This document shows positions 56,209-64,000 of a stretch of 64,000 nt of DNA, piece by piece; position 1 is the first letter of the stretch, and each line of letters opens with the position of its first letter. The notes under the pieces are model-generated. The model searched no databases. It saw only the letters and a list, made by a program, of their open reading frames with translations, and was not told the origin of the DNA. Both the position numbers and the translations under genes were made by a program. Location: assembly GCF_001949145.1 (NCBI RefSeq), contig NW_019091359.1:1314540-1378539 (forward strand), given 5' to 3'. The stretch is from Acanthaster planci (Eukaryota).

Positions 56209-56222
56209 CATTGAGCCATCAT
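56209..56222 (-). CDS. Putative first coding segment (MMAQ + TG of Trp) at the end of exon 1 of the unidentified large minus-strand gene
   Basis: ATG ATG GCT CAA TG|GTGGGT donor at the end of a CpG-rich leader; phase 2 matches the exon at 21656 (intron 21657-56208, 34,552 nt). The join is inferred. Confidence 0.4.
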
Positions 56223-56830
56223 TCGCTGGGAATGGGTGTGACGCCGGTGCTCCTTTTCTACGCACTGGTTTCTGTCGGCTTTTCTCTCAAACCCGGATGT
56301 CTTCCGGCTTTGACGATGTCTTTCAATGCAATTCCACCTTCCTTGTACCAACCAACACAAACACAGACTAGCGGCAAGTGCTAAGCCACGGCATGGGCCA
56401 ATGTTACGGGAAGGTTCTCATTTTTAAAACAAATCAAGAGGAAGGAACAGCATCGGTGAGGTTTAAGATGCTATCTGTACTGGTCTGAAGACCTTGCTGT
56501 CACTACCTGTCAAATTGTTTCCACAATTAGCTTCGCCGGTGTGGCCCAATTTCGTCAGTTTTCTTTGGGACGTCACAGCGCTGTAGGACATGTGCCGCTA
56601 CGCACTTCGCGTTTTGGAGACAAACGTTTGAATAGTCCGGACGCACCCTTCACTGTCGCTTTGAATGGGAGGGAGCTTGCGGCGGCGGCGGCGCGACCAT
56701 TCCCACGCAGTGCAGTGTTTATCACATGTCACATGGAAACAATGTCATGTGATTTCCACAGGCTAAAATTGATTGAATCCGGTTGATGAATGAGCTAGTC
56801 GCATGGTGGCGCTCTTCATCTCAACTTTAC
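56223..56830 (-). promoter_or_regulatory. CpG-rich putative promoter/5'UTR of the large minus-strand gene
   Basis: Local CpG enrichment, GGC repeat at ~56689-56704, and three CACATG/CATGTG boxes (56722-56752, including TCATGTGA) just upstream. Short uORF MPWLSTCR* in the leader. Confidence 0.5.
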
Positions 56831-57335
56831 TTTAATCGGAAAAAGGATCGATTTCTTCTTTCAAAACCACCAGGCCCTAAGCTAGTTTACAGACCACAGA
56901 TTGGTGGTCTGTTGCCAAAAAAATACCTCCAAAATAGTTTTATTCATTGGGACATTCATCAGTCAAATGCGTGACATAAAAAAAAACAGTTAACAAAAAA
57001 CCCATGAAGGGGGTTTCATCCACATAATTCTAGCCTTTAGGGCATGATTTATCATATGGCCAGAACGGAAGAACGGACTGCAGAATTTATTGGAAGCCGA
57101 GTACTTGCACTTGTATTTACAAATTTCAAGGAACAGAAACAATCAATAGTTAATTGACTGCGCTTAGGGCCTACTAATTTTCCCAACCATTCCATTGTGC
57201 ATTCCAAAACGATTTATTGTAGAATAGTTGACAGTATGTGATATGGTTGAAAATATACAATATTATTATTAGCACATATACAAAACAGACGGCAAGATCT
57301 CTGACTTTTCTTTTTAATAATACATGAATGCAATA

Positions 57336-57501
57336 CCGGCGTTTCACAATAGTGCGCTTCCAAGAGTACGCAACATGTTGGCCAATCGCAATGCACGAAA
57401 TCTGTCCACCTGGTGCACGTTTGGAAAAGGTTGACAGATTTTGTGTTTTGATTGGCCAACATGTTGCAAACTCTTGGAGGCACACTACTGTGAATAGCCT
57501 G
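57336..57501. mobile_element. TA-flanked palindromic MITE (~166 bp)
   Basis: TA|CCGGCGTTTCACAATAGTGCGCTTCCAAGAGTACGCAACATGTTGGCCAATC... is the inverse of ...GATTGGCCAACATGTTGCAAACTCTTGGAGGCACACTACTGTGAATAGCCTG|TA; ~75-bp arms. Confidence 0.85.
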
Positions 57502-58642
57502 TATTGAAGTACATCAGGTTTTCAAATGGAAGATATCTTTTAATCTGCCTTCCCTAACACTTGGCGAACCATGTCCAAGATGCACATTAAACAGGTAGTT
57601 CATCCTAACCTCAAAGTGATGCATCAACAACATGGTAAGTTGATTTTTCATGCTGCACAGTTACTCAATGCCTCAGCTTAAATAAGATAACATAACACAG
57701 GTTAATATTAAGATCATAAAAGTGGCTTGTACACACAAATTTATGTGCATGATGCACTTAAGGTAGGTCAGGTCGATTCTAATCGAGTTCTTTGTAAATT
57801 AAATAACAAAAACTCTGATTCAAATGCTTGTCAGTACTGTGTCATCCTTTGCTGCTTGTCATTTTATTGACTTCATCAGTTTGGTTCCATATGTAAGCTT
57901 TTAGTTAATGTTTAAAAAGCTGTGAAGTGTTCTGATCCATCCAGCAAACTTATTCAAGATCTCCACCCAGTGTCTCATCTGGCGACCTGCCCGCGTGTCC
58001 GGAGAAAAATTGAAATTATTCTGGACAGGTAGTGCTCGCTTGAATAAAAGTTACAAACCCCCCCGTTTCTTTCACAAATCTTCACCACAGGAGAACAGAT
58101 CTTTACATCTTCATTTAAAGCAGTGGTTGTAATGAAAACATGAACTCAGACAGATGATTTGTAACAGTTTCAAAAATTTTTCTAGGAGAGGGCAGGCAGT
58201 ATTTAAAAGTGTGTGCCGAACTCAGGCAGATATTTCAATCCTAGATCTATCTTTGTATGAGTCCCCAAACACAGTAAAATAATTTAATGATTCGAATGAT
58301 AGATACTTTTGGACCTACTGTGCACCTTTTAAATGCTATTATATTATTATTAAAGTATGTCTTTAATTGGAGAGCCTGCTTGATGTGTGACTGGCCAATT
58401 ATCACACAATGAACAAAATTGTGAACGTCTTAATCAAAGAACAAAAAATACAACAGGTGGAGATTGGAACTTCAACTCCACTGGCTACCATGGGCATGTT
58501 TCCCAGCCTTTCTTGTATCAGTCTGGTTGAGTTTCAAATGATAGATCTTCCAAAATATAAAAAGACAAAATTCTCTGAGGACTTGTAAACATTTGCTAAC
58601 CCCATATTCATCATACTGATGTGGGTGCCCTCTGTATGTATC

Positions 58643-58648
58643 TTTATT
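58643..58648 (-). terminator. Candidate polyadenylation signal AATAAA of NIT1 (alternative at 57863-57868)
   Basis: AATAAA on the minus strand ~220 nt after the stop codon. Confidence 0.35.
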
Positions 58649-58868
58649 CAGTAGCTTAGGGGTCACCTTTGGTGTTCCATAGTTATTTTGGGAATGACAA
58701 CGCTGGAGGGGCCCACAGACGTCCCCACACAACACAGTCCATGATTTCCTCTCAAGATGTATTTTCCCCACGACCAGACCAGAGTCTAGGCTAGGCATAC
58801 GTCCTTGCTAGGTGTCTGTAAAGATGTCAGCCAAACCCCCCCCCATCGCCATGGCAACCATTTAAACG

Positions 58869-59051
58869 TCAGCCATCGGTATCCGTCTTACTGTTGCTTC
58901 CCTTCAAGTATCCATACAGGTCGTGCCGTCGGTGTTCCATGACAGGCATCTCAGTTCGAACTCTACGCAGGTAACTCAGGTCGATGTCACCAATGGCAAC
59001 ATCTAGACCGTCATGACAACAGGCGACGACGCAGCCCCACGGATCAACAAT
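58869..59051 (-). CDS. NIT1: NIT1 last coding exon: IVDPWGCVVACCHDGLDVAIGDIDLSYLRRVRTEMPVMEHRRHDLYGYLKGSNSKTDTDG*
   Basis: Acceptor TCTTGTCTCGTAG|; motifs IVDPWG and R..MPV..HRR.DLY typical of Nit1; TGA at 58869-58871. Confidence 0.93.
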   Translation of the reverse strand: MVDPWGCVVACCHDGLDVAIGDIDLSYLRRVRTEMPVMEHRRHDLYGYLKGSNSKTDTDG

Positions 59052-59385
59052 CTACGAGACAAGACATTGATAATAACCCATTAAAAACCCTATCAGATTC
59101 TAAGTTGATTAAAGGTCAGCAAAAATGCAAATAGGTGATACTGTGGCATTTACTGGAAAATCCCAAATGCTCAGGTACATAAATTATCATTTCAATTCCA
59201 TTGTTTTTCGTTGTGAATGTTTCCCAATGTCAAATCTGATTCACATCCAGCCTTGGGTTAATTTGAGAAGTCTTTCCTGCGTGAGTTGTGTTCATCTTTT
59301 CACAGAGGGAAACGCTTGAGCAGTTAAGCTGGCACACCGATGAACCCTTCCCACAAATCCCATGTCATAAGCTATCTTGAATTAC

Positions 59386-59805
59386 TAGAGCACTAACTTC
59401 TTATTCTCTCCGCGGGGAGAAAATTTGACGCCGTCCCTTTGTGCAGACATTTTGAATCCATGCTTGTGCTTGTAGAACATAGAACATTCGAAAGATAGAA
59501 TGAATTGAATATCACTCCAAATAAAACGCGCATCAGATTCTGCTAAAAGCCGATTGAAAACATCACAGCAAATTTATCTGCAGAGCATATGCATTCGCAT
59601 TGTTTACACAGAGCAAAATGAAGCGCTCATTTACTGATTGTGCCTTAATTTTGTGCTTACAGGCTTTGTTGACATATCATTTCAGAATGCAGATGCAAAT
59701 ATGTAAATTGCTGTACACGAGCCGTACAAAATAGTTTCCAGTTTTCCACAGGTTTGTGCCTAAGCATGGATGCGCCAAGCAGGCATCACTTTTTTTAGCG
59801 CTCTA
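59386..59805. mobile_element. Possible non-autonomous DNA element in a NIT1 intron (TAG..CTA termini)
   Basis: TAGAGCACTAA ... TTAGCGCTCTA short imperfect TIR; no TSD match. Confidence 0.3.
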
Positions 59806-60127
59806 GTTTTTATGTATAGCTCTATGATTTCGACAGAATTCTACTAATTGGTTTGCTTGGAACAAACCAAGTTAGGATGGACCCAAAGTCCAAGTGTAAT
59901 GCTCTGCCTATCAAGGCGTTCTATTATCAATGATCACCATTCAGTGCATCAGCATTCACTAAGGAGTTACGCTCTGTAAGTGTGTCATGCACACATCCAT
60001 ACAAGCAAACTTCCTTCCTATACTGTGACAAATGGACAACAGTTCAAAATTTCTATTCAGTAGCGATTTTTTCATCATTGTAACAAGACTATAAACTGTG
60101 CCCAGATATCAACAAATCTGGCGAGAC

Positions 60128-60277
60128 GCCATTCCGAGGGGCCGTTTACACTCACGCAGCTGTCTCAACCTGAGCGTGAGTGCGCACTTTGGCAATTGAC
60201 TACTGCCTATTGGTCAAGGAGGAATTCAATGCGTGCGCATCGCCTGCGTGTGAACAGGATGGCCCCGTAGTAATGGC
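60128..60277. mobile_element. Degenerate small MITE in a NIT1 intron
   Basis: GCCATT..GGGGCCGT..CACGCAG versus inverted CTGCGTG..ATGGCCCC..AATGGC. Confidence 0.4.
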
Positions 60278-60376
60278 TTCTAATTTGGGTCGTCTGATTT
60301 GTCTATACATGTGTAGTCGCTTACCACTAATGAACAGTACACATATCATGCCGAGTGTGATTTGTACAATACATAC

Positions 60377-60478
60377 CATGGCCCGGCCGTAGGACGCTCT
60401 TTTGTCGTTGTGTTTACCAGTTTGTGCTGCAGCGATCACGTAACACTGGTTCTCTATGGCTCGGCTACGCAGGAGAAC
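60377..60478 (-). CDS. NIT1: NIT1 exon: [34 protein letters not shown]
   Basis: CCCAG| acceptor and |GTATGT donor; 102 nt, phase 0/0; [13 protein letters not shown] motif. Confidence 0.95.
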
Positions 60479-61212
60479 CTGGGAGAGTTGTTGGAAACAG
60501 TGGTTTGTTACTGATAGTGGGCTGATGCAGTGGTCTGTCAAAACGTTCTGTGTTTTGGCGCCTGTGCTTCGCTTTTTAAGCTTGAACTTGCGAACAGAAT
60601 TATTCAATGGCTGAATAAACCTATCCATTCGATTGGTGGATCGTTGATCACGTGATCATGATGTCCCAGTGCACAACAATGCCCAATAGCCAAAACAGAG
60701 GTTCCATTACACTGGCAAATGGAAGTTACATTTCTACAGGTATACTGAATTTCTAAAGTTCTCAATGATGATCAGATTTACTGAGGTAGGTTGAATTGAA
60801 ATTTGTTCAGATGACGTGGGGATTCATTCACCTGAAATTCGCACTAGTCAACAACGGTAGGGCTAGATTGCATGCATGAAAGACCAGGACAGAGTGACCA
60901 GCTTAAATGCTTTTTCTCAATGACCTTATACGTGTACGTCATAGCAGGTTGGAAGGGCTGGATGGTGATATTTACATGATCATAGCTCAAGTGCAGCTTA
61001 TTTGCTCCTCACCATCAGAATGCATCACAAAATTAATTCCATCTAAGGCTTTTGATCACGCTTTGTACAAACTTGTCACTCTGATAACTTTCAATTGCCT
61101 TTTGAGTTTAAACCTTTCTCAAATAGGAACAAATTAATGCAAAGCAGGTCTCAGCCTGAAAAGTATGAGGTGACCCCCCCCCAAAAAAAAATGATGGGGG
61201 AAATGTCAGTAC

Positions 61213-61323
61213 CTCCCAATGTGCCATTCCTGTGAACTGGGTGAACGCTGAAGGGTAGGTTAAAATCTCTGCTCCTTGCTGTGTTAAGAAAGTGGACATT
61301 TCTGGAAACCGCAGATCGTAACA
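61213..61323 (-). CDS. NIT1: NIT1 exon with catalytic Cys: [37 protein letters not shown]
   Basis: 111 nt, phase 0/0; CYDLRFPE and YPSAFT..TG.AHWE motifs. Confidence 0.96.
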
Positions 61324-62228
61324 CTGAGGGCACAGGCAGATTTAAGGACAATGATATTCCCTTCTGTAAATTCAGTCATAGAGATAATTTTTGGACAATA
61401 TTTGTCAATCAGTGTTGACAATATTTGATTATATATTTAATCTCAACAACAGCAACACAGCCTCTGAAAACAATGATTGGTGTGCAGTCAGAGGTCAATT
61501 TGTTTTTAAGTTGCAGGTTTTGACGTTGGAGTCAGGCAATCAAATAAAGTCAATCAGAAAGTGAAAGCAGAAGTTCTTTTTTGGCAGTGTAGTTCCTATA
61601 ATATCTTGAATAAAGGTTTTAGAATACAGTTGAAATACAAAACAGTAGAAAGTTTCCAATTTCGTTGAAGTATATTTTACTTCCAAATATTTAAATCCAA
61701 AAATAAATATTCTAACATTTAATGTTCAATTAAAAATTTCTGTATTCCACCAACGGCATAAATACAAGGGTTGGGATACGGTTGGGAGGTATATATCCTC
61801 CCCCCACACTTTTGACAAGATTACAATCAACCTGTAACCAAGGGGATAAGCCAATGGATCATAACTCCCCCCTTTTATGGTGAGAAAATAGGGTAGATTT
61901 TGAGGTATAGTTCAAAGTTTCCAACAACAGAAAATAGCAATGAAAAAAGGGCGACAAAGTACAAAAGCTTTACATAGAAGCATTTCTGAGAGTGTGGAGT
62001 GGAAGTATACATAAGATGCACATTTGAACCATCTAACGCTTTTGGAATTTACACGGCTGGGCAATTTTTTTGTACATGTATTTAGGTCATTGCTATCCCC
62101 CCAATTTCGCAGCACGGATTTACGCAACAGTTTTCTGCACAACCTTAACATTAATCAGTTCCAAGAAGGTTAAGCCCAACTTGTTTATAGCATGAGAAAC
62201 AAAATAATGAAATGATGCGTAAGGATAC
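61324..62228 (-). other. U12-type (minor spliceosome) GT-AG intron of NIT1
   Basis: 5' site |GTATCCTTA; branch-like GTCCTTAAAT ending 16 nt before the exon; weak polypyrimidine tract. Confidence 0.85.
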
Positions 62229-62438
62229 AACCATTGGCGCTACTTTGCCGATGGGAGTGTCAACAATGTCACTCATGTGTTCACCGTGAAGGATGAAACT
62301 TGACTCTCGCAGGTTCATTCGACCTTCGATTTGAACTTCAAACAGATGTGTTTTGTGATACACGGATGCAATTTCTCCCTCTGGATTGAGAAGAACATGG
62401 CTGCAGTAGCTTCTGTCACCGACTGGCTGTACTGGTCC
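62229..62438 (-). CDS. NIT1: NIT1 exon with catalytic Lys: GPVQPVGDRSYCSHVLLNPEGEIASVYHKTHLFEVQIEGRMNLRESSFILHGEHMSDIVDTPIGKVAPMV
   Basis: TTTCTCCCCACAG| acceptor; 210 nt, phase 0/0; Y.KTHLF and TP.GK motifs. Confidence 0.94.
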
Positions 62439-62800
62439 CTGTGGGGAGAAAGAAAAAAAAACACCTGAAATACATGCACGCGTCCAGACACAATGTCCCC
62501 CTGGATTGAGAAGAGCATGGCTGCAGATCACCAACTGGCTGTACCGGTCCCTGTTTGAGAAAAAAGACATAGACCTACACCAGAAATACACAAACAAGTC
62601 CAGACACACTCTGGATTGAGAAGAACATAGCTATAGTAGCTTCTGTCATCGACTGGCTGTACTGGTCCCAGTGGGGAGAAAAGAGATATACGCCTGAGAT
62701 ACATGCATGTGCCCAGACACAATTTTTTTCCTCTGGAATGAGAAGAACATTGCTGCAGGAGCTTTCATCCCCAATTGCTGTACTACTCCTTGTGGGAAAT
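62371..62800. repeat. Four diverged tandem copies (110-122 bp period) of the NIT1 intron-3'-end/exon-start junction
   Basis: Anchor CTGGA(T/A)TGAGAAGA at 62381, 62501, 62611 and 62733, each followed by GCTGTAC..TCC.(T/A)GT. Confidence 0.9.
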
Positions 62801-63134
62801 AAAATATCATTTTTTACTGGCAAATTATGGAATTTTGGGGATTCAACCCTCCCTCCCATGCCAAAAAATTAGAAAAGAAAGTGAAAAGCAACAGCAGGAA
62901 CTTGGTGATTGCCTCAACCTTGAGCACTAAACCACCTCCCTTGAGCCAAACCTAGACCTGCCTCTCCTATTAATCTAAGCCCAAGGGCTCAGAACAACTG
63001 TTTCCCACCAAACATGACTGATATAGGCGTAAGGCAGCACATGCAAATTTTATAGAAATATGAACAAATCATTTCTTGTACCAAAGCTTGCTGTTCATCT
63101 ACAAGGAGCACTGAAGTCCTAAGGCAATACATAC

Positions 63135-63290
63135 CATCTCATGAATGCCTCCCAGTGATATCCACACATTATGCTGTCGGCATAGCTCTCGGTAACCCGT
63201 GACTGTCTTGCCAGTCAGAGGCTCGGCCATGCTGGTCGACTCCTCTGGGGAACTGCCAATGTAGTCCACACCCTCGGGCAAGAAGACCAC
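63135..63290 (-). CDS. NIT1: NIT1 exon with catalytic Glu: VVFLPEGVDYIGSSPEESTSMAEPLTGKTVTGYRELCRQHNVWISLGGIHEM; upstream exon(s) lie beyond the window
   Basis: GTACAG| acceptor and |GTATGT donor; 156 nt, phase 0/0; FLPE and W.SLGG.HE motifs of Nit1. Confidence 0.95.
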
Positions 63291-64000
63291 CTGTACCGTC
63301 CAAACAGAAACACAGGGTTGTATTTTACAATCTGCCCTGTGCAAAGGTATAACCCCTCCAACACCTGAGGGCAGTGGGGAAGGTTTCAAAGGGACAACTG
63401 GCATACAAGCCAAGACAACCCATTTAATCAGGAAGTGGTTAGAAATGCACAGCATACCCTCTGCCAAACAAGCATGAACCTGTACAGGCATGCTGTGTTT
63501 CCCAACCAAACAAATGCCTTACTTAAAGACACACCTTTTGTTTGCGTTGGGTTTTCTAGGTTATGATAACAACAAAAGATCAATTCCAGAAGACATGAAC
63601 AGATCCTTGGTAGGTTCTTTTTGTGAATGTCCTCAATCTGAATGGAATGGCTCACACAGAGGACTCCAAGTTATTGTTTAAATAATACTTTTGTTCATAT
63701 CTCTATATAACTCACATAGTTTTTATGCAGTTTCAAACTGAGTACAGCTTGATAACCGAGGACCTACTGTCTTCACTCCATTTACATACACAAATCACTA
63801 AGCGTATTAACAATGAGTAGTGCACATGTAGAGGACATTTTCCAGAAGTTTTCATAAAAAATATTCAGACAATTTAATGACAAATATACATTTGTTCAGC
63901 TGAGAGTGGAATATGGACGCTTCCGTCCAAAACATTATTGCAAGAGGGCTAATTGTTTGCATTAGTTTTCATCGGAATGTGTATAAACCCATAGAGTCTA

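Noticed and set aside
56209..56222. MAQW start resembling STAT3/STAT N-termini
   Set aside because: Only four residues; the in-frame next exon has no STAT N-domain features.
62528..62859. ORFs encoding GPVQPVDDRSYYSYVLLNPE-like peptides as extra or mutually exclusive NIT1 exons
   Set aside because: Partial duplicated junction copies with mutated acceptors and no donors; treated as repeat, not coding.

Overview
AT-rich animal genomic DNA with long introns and many MITE/SINE remnants. The repeat types suggest a marine invertebrate, possibly an echinoderm (inference). There is a 715-nt assembly gap at 12531-13245. At the right end, on the minus strand, lie five coding exons (58869-63290) of a nitrilase-superfamily gene, NIT1 (deaminated-glutathione amidase), with an intact Glu-Lys-Cys triad; its N-terminal exon(s) lie outside the window. 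This gene has a GT-AG U12-type intron directly before the catalytic Cys and a four-copy tandem duplication of an intron/exon junction. Most of the rest (1 to ~56.7 kb) appears to be the 5' part of a second, unidentified minus-strand gene with a CpG-rich promoter near 56.7 kb, a ~34.5-kb putative first intron and several candidate alternative first exons. Most notable observations: (1) a large excess of TA-NNNN-TA palindromes (TACATGTA, TACCGGTA, TAGGCCTA), with an empty-versus-filled site pair inside one element suggesting they are DNA-transposon excision footprints; (2) a 937-bp foldback/MULE-like element with a perfect 9-bp TSD inserted 12 nt into the putative first intron; (3) a degenerate Penelope-type minimal hammerhead motif. 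Almost all ORFs in the supplied track are spurious.
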